Positions 7,885 to 15,519 of a stretch of 24,000 nt of DNA are shown one piece after another. The position numbers and the translations under genes were made by a program. The notes under the pieces were generated by a model. The model saw only the letters and a program-made list of their open reading frames with translations. It made no database searches and was not told the origin of the DNA. This stretch comes from Burkholderiales bacterium (lineage in GTDB: Bacteria > Pseudomonadota > Gammaproteobacteria > Burkholderiales > SG8-41), in assembly GCA_037969525.1 (NCBI GenBank), contig JBBKXO010000099.1, positions 1,610 through 25,609 of the forward strand, given 5' to 3'. Every line of letters begins with the position of its first letter. Positions within the stretch are counted from its first letter, which is position 1.

Positions 7885-8499
7885 TCAACGCTCTCTTTGC
7901 GCAAGGCGCGCCCGCGCTCTGTCCATTGCGCGCCTGATAGTCGCGCGTTTTCGTGCTGCCGCATCCGGTGCGTCGTTTTTGCCGTGCTGCTCCTTGCTGC
8001 GGTTAGTGGTGCGCTGCCGGTGTGCAAGGTAACGATCTTTCAGATAAGCAGCAGCCTTGCGCTGTGAAGTGCGGTCGCGCGGCGCCCCCGTCGCCACGAT
8101 GGCAATGCAATCAACCGGGCAGGGCGGTACGCACAATTCGCACCCCGTGCACTCCGCGGTGATGACGGTATGCATCAGCTGGCGTGCGCCGACTATGGCA
8201 TCAACCGGACAGGCGGCGAGGCACAGCGTGCAACCGATGCAGGCCGCTTCGTCAATAACTGCAACCGCGGGCGGCAGCGGTGTGCCATGGGCAGTATTCA
8301 ATGGCATGGCCTCGATGCCGAGGACGGTGGCAAGCTCGGCGATCAGCTCAGCGCCACCCGGCGGACATCGATTGATCGGTGCGGTGGCGGCAGCGACGGC
8401 TTCGGCATAAGGCCGGCAACCGCCATAGCCGCACTGACCGCACTGGGTTTGCGGCAGCAGTGCATCTATGGCGTCGGCCTGTGACGGAAGCTGATTCAA
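7885..8499 (-). CDS. rnfB: RnfB/RsxB-like ferredoxin (orphan; N-terminal Cys cluster plus two 4Fe-4S ferredoxin motifs, basic C-terminal tail)
   Basis: [20 protein letters not shown] and INRCPPGG match the RnfB N-terminal cluster region. [12 protein letters not shown] and [12 protein letters not shown] are 2x CxxCxxCxxxCP motifs. There is no membrane anchor and no other rnf genes are in the window. TTG start overlaps the ald stop (cTTGAat). Confidence 0.8.
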   Translation of the reverse strand: MNQLPSQADAIDALLPQTQCGQCGYGGCRPYAEAVAAATAPINRCPPGGAELIAELATVLGIEAMPLNTAHGTPLPPAVAVIDEAACIGCTLCLAACPVDAIVGARQLMHTVITAECTGCELCVPPCPVDCIAIVATGAPRDRTSQRKAAAYLKDRYLAHRQRTTNRSKEQHGKNDAPDAAARKRATIRRAMDRARARLAQRER

Positions 8500-9608
8500 G
8501 ACAATGCTTGTTCCGGCCTGACGCAGGGGAGATCGAGGTCGAGTGCCAGTCCGGCGTGGGTGACGTTGCCGGCAAAAGTCTGCAGCCCCGCGGCCAGATG
8601 TGCGTCGTGCGTCACCGCGTCGCGCAGTCCGCGATTTGCGATTTCCAGCGCGTAGGGCAGCGTGGCCTGGGTCAGCGCGAGCGTGGCGGTGCGCGCGACT
8701 GCGGCGGGCATGTTGGTGACGCAGTAATGCACGATGCCCTCCTCGACATACAACGGTTCGGTATGGGATGTGGGGCGAGATGTTTCACAGATGCCGCCCT
8801 GGTCTATGGCGACATCCACGATCACCGATCCGGCGCGCATGCGTTTCAGATCGGCGCGTGTAATCAGGCGTGGTGCGCGGATGCCGGGCAATAGCACTGC
8901 GCCGATCACCAGGTCCTGGGCCGGCAACAGCGCGCGCAGTGTATTGGGCGTGGAAATTGCACTCTTGAGGCGCCCGTCAAAGATTATTTCGAGATGTCTC
9001 AGCCGCTCCGTACTGCGATCGAGCAGTGTGACATCGGCACCCAAGCCAATGGCGATACGTGCCGCGCTCTCGCCCACCGTGCCGCCGCCGATGATCAACA
9101 CCCTGCCGGGCAGCACGCCGGGCACACCGCCGAGCAACACGCCGCTGCCGCCATTGGCCATTTGCAATGCCCATGCACCGACCTGCGGTGCGAGCCGTCC
9201 GGCGATCTGGGACATCGGCGTCAGCAGCGGCAGGCTGCCGTGCGCGTCGGTGATGGTTTCGTAGGCGACGCAGGCCGCGCCCGCGGCAAGCATGGCGTCC
9301 AGCAGTTCGCGATCCGGTGCAAAATGGTGGTAGCCGTAGAGGATCTGGCCGGACCGGATCAGCGCAAACTCGCTGCGCTGGATCTCCTTGACCTTAATTA
9401 TCAACTCCGCGGCGTAGACATCTGCCGCGGAGGCGACGACCTTCGCGCCGGCCGCGCCGTAGGCATCGTCGTTGAAGCCGATGCGAACGCCCGCGCGGGT
9501 TTCGACCAGCACTTTATGTCCCGCTGCGACCAGTGTCTGCACACCGTCGGGTGTGGCGCCTACCCGGTATTCATGATTCTTGATCTCTCTGGGGATGCCG
9601 ATCAGCAT
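8496..9608 (-). CDS. ald: Alanine dehydrogenase (AlaDH/PNT family)
   Basis: [36 protein letters not shown] is a typical AlaDH N-terminus. Rossmann motif [25 protein letters not shown] block. I chose ATG 9608 rather than the track start 9638 because family N-termini begin at M(I/L)IG(I/V)P. This start overlaps the pyrD stop by 7 nt (ATGCTGA). Confidence 0.82.
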   Translation of the reverse strand: MLIGIPREIKNHEYRVGATPDGVQTLVAAGHKVLVETRAGVRIGFNDDAYGAAGAKVVASAADVYAAELIIKVKEIQRSEFALIRSGQILYGYHHFAPDRELLDAMLAAGAACVAYETITDAHGSLPLLTPMSQIAGRLAPQVGAWALQMANGGSGVLLGGVPGVLPGRVLIIGGGTVGESAARIAIGLGADVTLLDRSTERLRHLEIIFDGRLKSAISTPNTLRALLPAQDLVIGAVLLPGIRAPRLITRADLKRMRAGSVIVDVAIDQGGICETSRPTSHTEPLYVEEGIVHYCVTNMPAAVARTATLALTQATLPYALEIANRGLRDAVTHDAHLAAGLQTFAGNVTHAGLALDLDLPCVRPEQALS

Positions 9609-10627
9609 GAAGCCTTGTCCTTTATCGTGCGCGCACAATCGCGGATCAGGGCTGGACCGCCGTAGACCAGCCCCGTGTAGATCTGTACCAGGCTCGCTCC
9701 GGCGGCCATACGTGCTGCCGCATCGCTGCCATTCATAATGCCGCCGACGCCGATGACCGGCAGGGCTCCCGCAAGTGCTGCGGCAAGCTGCGCGGTAATC
9801 GCCTGCGCTTGCGTGGTCAGCGGCGCGCCGCTCAGGCCGCCGGCTTCGGCTCCGTGGGGCAGCGCTGAAACAGCGTCCCTGGCAATGGTGGTGTTGGTGG
9901 CGATTACGGCATCAATGCCGTGTGTCACCAGCAGCTCAGCGATGACGGCAATCTGCGCCTGATCCAGATCAGGTGCAATCTTCAGCGCCAATGGCACGTG
10001 CTTGCCGTGTTGATCCGCGAGGCGCTTGCGCTCGCCGGTCAGAGCTGACAACAGCTGTCCCAATTCGTCGGACTGCTGTAACTGACGCAGATTACTGGTG
10101 TTGGGCGAAGAAATGTTGACGGTGATGTAGCTGGCGTGCGCATACACTTTGCGCAGGCAGGCGAGATAATCATCCGCGGCATGCTGCAGCGGAGTATCGA
10201 AATTCTTGCCGATATTGATACCGAGTACGCCGCGGTATTGTGCGCGCCTGACATTGGCGATCAGCGCATCCACGCCCAGATTGTTGAATCCCATGCGATT
10301 GATGATTGCGCGTGCGGCAGGGAGCCGGAACATCCGCGGGCGGGGGTTGCCCGGCTGGGGGCGCGGTGTGACGGTGCCGATCTCAAGGAAACCGAAGCCC
10401 AGCGCGGCCAGCGCATCGATGTAGTCGCCGTTCTTGTCGAGTCCGGCTGCAAGTCCCACCGGGTTGGGGAAGTTGATGCCCATCACCGTTCGCGGTGTTG
10501 CTGCGGGGGGCGCTGCAAAAAACTTGATGGCGCCCGTACGCGCGGCCAATTGCAGCGATGCCAGGGTCAGGTGGTGTGCGGACTCGGGGTCCAGTGCAAA
10601 CAGCAGCGGGCGTAGCAGCTTGTACAT
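9602..10627 (-). CDS. pyrD: Dihydroorotate dehydrogenase (quinone), class 2
   Basis: Class-2 N-terminal helix [22 protein letters not shown]. Also [40 protein letters not shown] and GVGGI motifs. Confidence 0.95.
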   Translation of the reverse strand: MYKLLRPLLFALDPESAHHLTLASLQLAARTGAIKFFAAPPAATPRTVMGINFPNPVGLAAGLDKNGDYIDALAALGFGFLEIGTVTPRPQPGNPRPRMFRLPAARAIINRMGFNNLGVDALIANVRRAQYRGVLGINIGKNFDTPLQHAADDYLACLRKVYAHASYITVNISSPNTSNLRQLQQSDELGQLLSALTGERKRLADQHGKHVPLALKIAPDLDQAQIAVIAELLVTHGIDAVIATNTTIARDAVSALPHGAEAGGLSGAPLTTQAQAITAQLAAALAGALPVIGVGGIMNGSDAAARMAAGASLVQIYTGLVYGGPALIRDCARTIKDKASC

Positions 10628-10699
10628 GACGGTATTGTACCGGCGTCGCGCACAGGCTCAGAGCTATATAAAATAATTAATTAAAACAACTACTTACGA

Positions 10700-11461
10700 T
10701 TATTCCGGGGGTATCCCTGGCGCAACAGGCCGCTGTGTCATCAGCAGCGCATAAAGTCCCACCATGACCAGCCAGCACACCACACCCGCCCACAGCACAT
10801 GGGATACAAAATGCGCTCCCTGAGCGATGCGCCCGAGCCCGAGCGTCAAACCGGCCAACACCCCTGCCAGCAAAGCCGCACGGGCATAGGCATGGCGGCG
10901 TTGGTAATAGGCGGCAAAGTACAAAGCCATCAGCGCGAAGCCGGTCGATGCGTGTCCCGCGGGAAAGCACATGCCCGGCGCATGCTGTGGTTCACGCGTT
11001 TCAAACAGATGGGTATAGGGTTCACCGCCGCCGAATTCGACCATATCCCAAGGGCAGGGCCGGTCAGTGAGCTGTTTCATGACAGTTACCGTGAGTGGCG
11101 CCAACGCCATGGCCAGCAGCAGGAACAGCAGCAGCCGGCGCCGTTGACGTATCGCCGGAACGAGATAGGTATAAGCCAACGCTGCCCCGATCAAACTGGT
11201 AGCCAGTATCACCATGTATTTGGTCCAGCGGTGCATTACGGTATCCAGCAGGAAGGTGTGGCGCAACGGGAACGTCTGTGCTGAGGCATCAAAAAACCAG
11301 TGACTGACCGCGCGATCAATACCCGTGCGCTCCATCATGATCAGAACCGCCGCCAGCAATACAGGTGCCAGCAGCCAGCTGCGGGGTATCACCGGCGCAG
11401 AGGATGCGACGGCGCTGTCTGGCGCGTGGGGGATGGATGGCAAGGAAATGGTTTTGTGCAT
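10700..11461 (-). CDS. PAP2-superfamily membrane phosphatase (lipid phosphate / possible lipid A phosphatase)
   Basis: Multi-TM protein with the three PAP2 blocks KQLTDRP, PAGHAS and RIAQGAHFVSHVLWA. It lies directly downstream of a two-component system on the same strand. Confidence 0.78.
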   Translation of the reverse strand: MHKTISLPSIPHAPDSAVASSAPVIPRSWLLAPVLLAAVLIMMERTGIDRAVSHWFFDASAQTFPLRHTFLLDTVMHRWTKYMVILATSLIGAALAYTYLVPAIRQRRRLLLFLLLAMALAPLTVTVMKQLTDRPCPWDMVEFGGGEPYTHLFETREPQHAPGMCFPAGHASTGFALMALYFAAYYQRRHAYARAALLAGVLAGLTLGLGRIAQGAHFVSHVLWAGVVCWLVMVGLYALLMTQRPVAPGIPPE

Positions 11462-11532
11462 GATAGCTATGCATGAGCCGGGCAGAAAGGAAGCGCGGTT
11501 CGACGACTATATTGGCAATGCTGTCAATGTAG

Positions 11533-11565
11533 TGTGAGGACTATGTGAAGCGGCTGTGAAGCCGC
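11533..11565. promoter_or_regulatory. Three tandem 11-bp units starting TGTGA (helically phased direct repeats), candidate response-regulator site upstream of the PAP2 gene; also able to fold as a GC hairpin
   Basis: TGTGAGGACTA (11533-43), TGTGAAGCGGC (11544-54) and TGTGAAGCCGC (11555-65). GCGGCT(gtga)AGCCGC at 11550-11565 is a 6-bp stem, and an alternative GCCGC(ccatt)GCGGC lies at 11561-11575. The element sits 11-43 nt after the kinase stop and 72-104 nt upstream of the PAP2 ATG. Confidence 0.3.
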
Positions 11566-11575
11566 CCATTGCGGC

Positions 11576-12835
11576 TCAGGCCAGAGTCAGCCGGAACGCG
11601 GTGCCGCCTCCCGCAGGGGCAGTGACTTCGATGCGCCAGCGGCAGTGATCGCAGGTTCGCTTGACGATGGCGAGTCCGAGGCCGAAGCCGTCGGCGTTGG
11701 CAGCGCCCCGGAAATGGCGCTCAAAGAGCAGATCGCGCTGTTCCAGCGGCACGCCGGGTCCGGTGTCGGCAACCGTCAGGGTCTGCGCCTGCCAGTGCAC
11801 CCGTATGCCGCCCTGCATGGTGAAATGGACGGCATTGCGCAGCAGATTTGTGAGTACCAGATGCAGTGCATGGCGATTGACTGTAAGCATGGTGTCAGGG
11901 CTGACTTCGTTGTCGAAGCGCAGTCCCTTGCGTGCGAGATCAGTGCGCCAGGGTTCGATTGCCGCATCGACGCATACGCTGAGGGCGATGGTTTCAAGCT
12001 CGTCCATAGCCTGGGCGCGGGCGAGAAAAAGCAACACTTCGATCTGTTCGGTCATACGCTCGGCCGCGGCAGCGATGGCCCCTATGCGCGAGCGAGCTTT
12101 GTCCGTCAGCCCAGGCTCGCTCTCCAGCAGTTCGCAGCTGGTGCGGATTGCGGTCAGCGGTGTGCGTAATTCATGGCTCGTGTTGCTGGTGAACTCCTGC
12201 TCACGGTCGAGCACTTCACGGATGCGGGTCTGGTAGTTGTCGAAGGCGCGGGCGAGGGCGGCAACTTCGGGATCCTGACCGGCCTGTGTAAGCGGCGCCC
12301 GTGGCGCACCGGGATCAAGCATCGCGACACGGGCGGCAAGATCGGTGATCTGCCGGGTGATGAGGCCCGCAATCCAGTAACCGAGCGCGGCAGCGACGAC
12401 CATGATGGTTGCCAGTGCAAACAGCACCAATTGCTTGAATTGTTGCTCGCGCAGTTCATGCGGTCCGGCGTCGTAGGCGACTATGAAGCGTGTGCCATTG
12501 ATTTCGCGGATTGAGACATGCTGCTCCTCGATGCCCTGGCCGACTTCATGGACCCCGGCGCCAAGGCTGCGCAGGGCGGCGGGCACCCGTAGCTGGTCGT
12601 CGGGTGTACGTACCACGTAATACTGCAGATTGGGGCCGGGTTCTCGCGCGATACCCGGGTTCTCGAGATGGTGCCGGATCAGAAAATCCATTTCCTCACT
12701 GACGATCTGATCGACGAGGGCTTCTTCAAGTTCCTCGGATGCCGTGTACAGCGTCAGAGCCAGGGCGGCGACGACGGCAAAGCAGCTGATGGCCACGGCT
12801 GCTGCCACGCGCATCCGCAGATCGAGAGTTTTCAA
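11576..12835 (-). CDS. Two-component sensor histidine kinase (2 TM, HAMP, HisKA, HATPase_c)
   Basis: H-box FTSNTSHELRTPLTAI. N-box LLRNAVHF. G-boxes DTGPGV and GFGLGLAIV. Two TM segments flank a ~120-aa periplasmic region. The track start is TTG at 12835, overlapping the regulator stop (caTTGAaa). An alternative ATG lies at 12814. Confidence 0.9.
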   Translation of the reverse strand: MKTLDLRMRVAAAVAISCFAVVAALALTLYTASEELEEALVDQIVSEEMDFLIRHHLENPGIAREPGPNLQYYVVRTPDDQLRVPAALRSLGAGVHEVGQGIEEQHVSIREINGTRFIVAYDAGPHELREQQFKQLVLFALATIMVVAAALGYWIAGLITRQITDLAARVAMLDPGAPRAPLTQAGQDPEVAALARAFDNYQTRIREVLDREQEFTSNTSHELRTPLTAIRTSCELLESEPGLTDKARSRIGAIAAAAERMTEQIEVLLFLARAQAMDELETIALSVCVDAAIEPWRTDLARKGLRFDNEVSPDTMLTVNRHALHLVLTNLLRNAVHFTMQGGIRVHWQAQTLTVADTGPGVPLEQRDLLFERHFRGAANADGFGLGLAIVKRTCDHCRWRIEVTAPAGGGTAFRLTLA

Positions 12836-13512
12836 TGGCCTCCGGTTTGCAGGCGGTAGCCGATGCCGTGCAGCGTCTCAACGGGATCACTGCCGCCGGC
12901 GGCGGTCAGAGCCCGGCGCAGCATGTGCAGGTGGCTGCGCAAGGTGTCGCTGGTTTCCTGAGCCTCGCCCCACACCAGACGCTCGATTTCTTCCCGTCCG
13001 ACGACCCTTCCGGGTTCGCGCATCAGCAGTTCCAGGATGCGCAGGCATTTGGGCGGCAGTTTGACTTCGTTGCCGGCGAAACGCACAGCCATGGTTTTGG
13101 GATCCAGCGTCAACGTGCCGGCTTCCAGCAAGCGGGTGGTGACGCGACCGCTGCTGCGCTTGTGCAAGGCGTGGAGCCGCGCTTCGACCTCCTTCAATGA
13201 AAAAGGTTTTATCAGGTAGTCATCAGCGCCGCGCGCAAAACCCTCCAGTTTGTCATCGAGGGTGTCGCGTGCGGTCAGCATCAGTATGGGTGTCTCGATA
13301 TGCGCCTCTTCGCGCAATTTCCGGGTCAGAGCGAGGCCATCCATGCCCGGCAAACCCAGGTCCAGCACGATGGCGTCGAAGGCCTGGGTGACGGCGAGAT
13401 GTAGACCAGTGACGCCGTCAGCGGCGGCGTCGATGCTGTGCCCGCGTGATTCCAGGAAATCGTATAGATTCGCCGCGATGGTCGCGTCGTCTTCGATGAT
13501 CAGGATGCGCAC
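12832..13512 (-). CDS. OmpR/PhoB-family response regulator
   Basis: Receiver domain (V)RILIIEDDATIAANL...DAIVLDLGLPGMDG...LMLTARD...KPF. Winged-helix C-terminus LTLDPKTMAVRFAGNEVKLPPKCLRILELLM...HGIGYRL. The track ORF (416 aa) is an artefactual upstream extension overlapping bpt. GTG at 13512 is the only start giving a normal receiver N-terminus. Confidence 0.9.
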   Translation of the reverse strand: MRILIIEDDATIAANLYDFLESRGHSIDAAADGVTGLHLAVTQAFDAIVLDLGLPGMDGLALTRKLREEAHIETPILMLTARDTLDDKLEGFARGADDYLIKPFSLKEVEARLHALHKRSSGRVTTRLLEAGTLTLDPKTMAVRFAGNEVKLPPKCLRILELLMREPGRVVGREEIERLVWGEAQETSDTLRSHLHMLRRALTAAGGSDPVETLHGIGYRLQTGGH

Positions 13513-13528
13513 GTTGGGAGCGTAGAGA

Positions 13529-14254
13529 TCAGTCTGATAGTGGCTGCCAACGGTCGTCGCGCAGACCCTCCATGGGCTGGAAGTGGATTTTGTAGGCCAT
13601 TTTCCGGCTTTGCGCAATCCAGTAACCGAGATACAGATAAGGCAGATCGAGCTGGCGGCAGAATTCGATCTGCCACAGGATGTTGTAAGTGCCGAAACTG
13701 GTGCCCGGCATTTCCGGATCAAAGAACGTGTAAACCGATGACACGCCGTCCTGCAGCTGGTCCAGGATGCTGACCATGCGCAGCACCCCATTTTCGCGAA
13801 ATTCCACCAGCCGGGAATCCACATTGCTTTGCAGCAGGAAGTGCCGGTACTGCTCGCGGCTGTCCTGATCCATGCCGCCGCCGGCGTGGCGCTGAGCCTG
13901 GTAGCGCAGATAGAGCGCGTAATGTTCCGGATTGTATTTAAGGTCGAACATGCGCGATTCCAGCGCCGAGTGGCGGTTCCATGTGCGGCGCTGAGTCCGG
14001 CTGGCGCGGAATTTCTCGGTGACCACCCGTACCGGCACACAGGCACGGCAGTGATCGCAGTGCGGACGGTAGGTGAAAGCACCGCTGCGGCGGAATCCGG
14101 CGCGTACCAGCTCGCTGTAAACGGGGCTGTCTATCAGATGGCTGGGTGTAGCGACCCTCGACCGTGCCAGCCGATCGGGCAGATAGCTGCACGGGTACGG
14201 CGCAGTTGCATAGAACTGCAGTACCGAAAGCGGAAAGTCTGAAAGGTAAGTCAC
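13529..14254 (-). CDS. bpt: Arginyltransferase-family (ATE/Bpt) aminoacyl-tRNA-protein transferase, N-end rule
   Basis: [49 protein letters not shown] and SSVYTFFDP...[10 protein letters not shown] match the bacterial Bpt/ATE N- and C-domains. GTG start. Confidence 0.9.
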   Translation of the reverse strand: MTYLSDFPLSVLQFYATAPYPCSYLPDRLARSRVATPSHLIDSPVYSELVRAGFRRSGAFTYRPHCDHCRACVPVRVVTEKFRASRTQRRTWNRHSALESRMFDLKYNPEHYALYLRYQAQRHAGGGMDQDSREQYRHFLLQSNVDSRLVEFRENGVLRMVSILDQLQDGVSSVYTFFDPEMPGTSFGTYNILWQIEFCRQLDLPYLYLGYWIAQSRKMAYKIHFQPMEGLRDDRWQPLSD

Positions 14255-14278
14255 TGCCGTGCGCTCATGTCTACAGTT

Positions 14279-14977
14279 TCATGTCACCAGGTCATTGTCA
14301 AAACGCCAGACTTTGGCGGTTGAGGGGTAGTTTACCAATATCGCCAGCTGCCGCGAAAATTCGCTGCGGGGCATCTCACGCGCCCCGAAGCGGGCGAGGT
14401 GCGCGGTGTTCATCTGACAGTCGATCAGACCGAATTGCCAGCGTTCCAACTGGCGTACAAGATGAGTCAGTGCAATTTTCGAGGCATCAGGTGAGCGCGC
14501 AAACATCGACTCGCCGTAGAAGGCGCGGCCCAGCGCTATGCCATAAAGCCCGCCGGCCAGTTCACCGTCGATCCAGGTCTCAACCGAATGTGCATGTCCG
14601 TGCCGGTGCAGTTCGCAATAGGCCGTAATCATGTCCGGCGTGATCCAGGTGCCCGGATCATCGCCGCGCGGCGCGGCGCAGGCAAGCATGACGGATTCAA
14701 AAGCGGTATCAGTGCGGATTTCGTAATCATGCCGGCGCAGACGCTTGAGCAGCGAGCGTGGCATGCGGAGCTCGGCAGGAATTAGCACCATCCGTGGGTC
14801 GGGACTCCACCACAACAGCGGCTGGTTCCTGCCGTACCAGGGGAATATGCCGCGGCGGTAGGCTGTCAGCAGTCTGTCGGGCGACAGGTCTGCGCCGGCT
14901 GCCAGCAACCCGTTGGGTTCTGCCAGCGCCGCTTCCAGCGGTGGAAAATCGTCGCTGCCTTCAAGCCATGGAATCAT
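14279..14977 (-). CDS. aat: Leucyl/phenylalanyl-tRNA-protein transferase, N-end rule
   Basis: [58 protein letters not shown] and GESMFAR are canonical Aat motifs. The ATG start has no SD, and a TAGAAT hexamer lies 7 nt upstream. Confidence 0.93.
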   Translation of the reverse strand: MIPWLEGSDDFPPLEAALAEPNGLLAAGADLSPDRLLTAYRRGIFPWYGRNQPLLWWSPDPRMVLIPAELRMPRSLLKRLRRHDYEIRTDTAFESVMLACAAPRGDDPGTWITPDMITAYCELHRHGHAHSVETWIDGELAGGLYGIALGRAFYGESMFARSPDASKIALTHLVRQLERWQFGLIDCQMNTAHLARFGAREMPRSEFSRQLAILVNYPSTAKVWRFDNDLVT

Positions 14978-15017
14978 GTCCGCTATTCTAAAATCCCGCC
15001 GTCGCGCAGGTAGTTAC

Positions 15018-15031
15018 TTGATGTAGATCAA
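15018..15031. promoter_or_regulatory. Perfect FNR/Anr/FixK-type box TTGAT-GTAG-ATCAA
   Basis: 10/10 match to the TTGAT-N4-ATCAA consensus. Placing the + strand TSS 41.5 bp downstream (about 15066) puts the -12..-7 window on TAGCAT (15054-15059). This is followed by SD AAGGAG (15082-15087). Confidence 0.6.
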
Positions 15032-15140
15032 TTCGTGCTGCTGAGGGTGCGCATAGCATGAACTTGCACAAATCAAACCACAAGGAGCAGTAAATGTATC
15101 GCTGTGCATGCTCGTCCAGGCTGAAGGCGGTGATACCGGG

Positions 15141-15341
15141 ATGACAGCTGAAACGCAGGTTTCGGCGCTTCCCGCCACGGCGGATTCCTCGTCCGGGTGC
15201 TTTCATTGCGGATTGCCATTGGATGCGGATTTTTCCCGGTAATGCTGGATGAAGTCGAACACAGCTCATCTTGCCACGCTCGGCATGTCAGTATCATAAC
15301 TAGCAGTAGTACCCAATGCACTGCGCCTGCTGCGCACGTAA
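15141..15341 (+). pseudogene. ccoI: Remnant of ccoI/fixI (cbb3-oxidase copper P1B-ATPase): N-terminal ~33 codons joined to C-terminal ~32 codons, with in-frame stops
   Basis: In one frame: MTAETQVSALPATADSSSGCFHCGLPLDADFSR-TAA-CWMKSNTAHLATLGMSVS-TAA-LAVVPNALRLLRT-TAA. CFHCGLP is the CcoI N-terminal metal-binding motif. GMSxSSLxVVxNALRL is the last TM helix and C-terminus of P1B ATPases. About 750 codons are missing between them. Confidence 0.6.
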
Positions 15342-15348
15342 CGCTAGT

Positions 15349-15502
15349 ATGGATATTCTCTATCTGCTGATTCCGCAGTCATTGGTGCTGGTATTTCTCA
15401 TTAGCGGCGTATTCTGGTAGGGCGCTGCGCAGTGGACAGTTTGAGGATCATGAAGGGCCCGCGCACCGTATTCTGATGGATGATGACGACCGCCCGGGGT
15501 AA
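15349..15502 (+). pseudogene. ccoS: ccoS/fixS (cbb3 oxidase maturation protein) interrupted by a 1-nt insertion
   Basis: 15349-15417 encodes MDILYLLIPQSLVLVFLISGVFW, followed by TAG (15418-20). The +1 frame from 15422 encodes ALRSGQFEDHEGPAHRILMDDDDRPG* (stop 15500-02). Joined, this is a full-length CcoS. Deleting A15419 restores TGG TGG GCG CTG (FWWAL). Confidence 0.75.
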
Positions 15503-15519
15503 CATGGGAAAATTATAGA

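Noticed and set aside
13513-14082. 190-codon N-terminal extension of the response-regulator ORF (track ORF 12832-14082)
   Set aside because: The extension overlaps bpt in another frame and has no receiver-domain similarity. The receiver domain begins at the GTG at 13512.
15415-15425. Programmed +1/-1 frameshifting, or simple sequencing error, as the explanation for the split ccoS
   Set aside because: There is no slippery heptamer or homopolymer at the junction, and the adjacent ccoI is independently destroyed. Pseudogenisation is therefore more parsimonious. A sequencing error cannot be excluded without reads.
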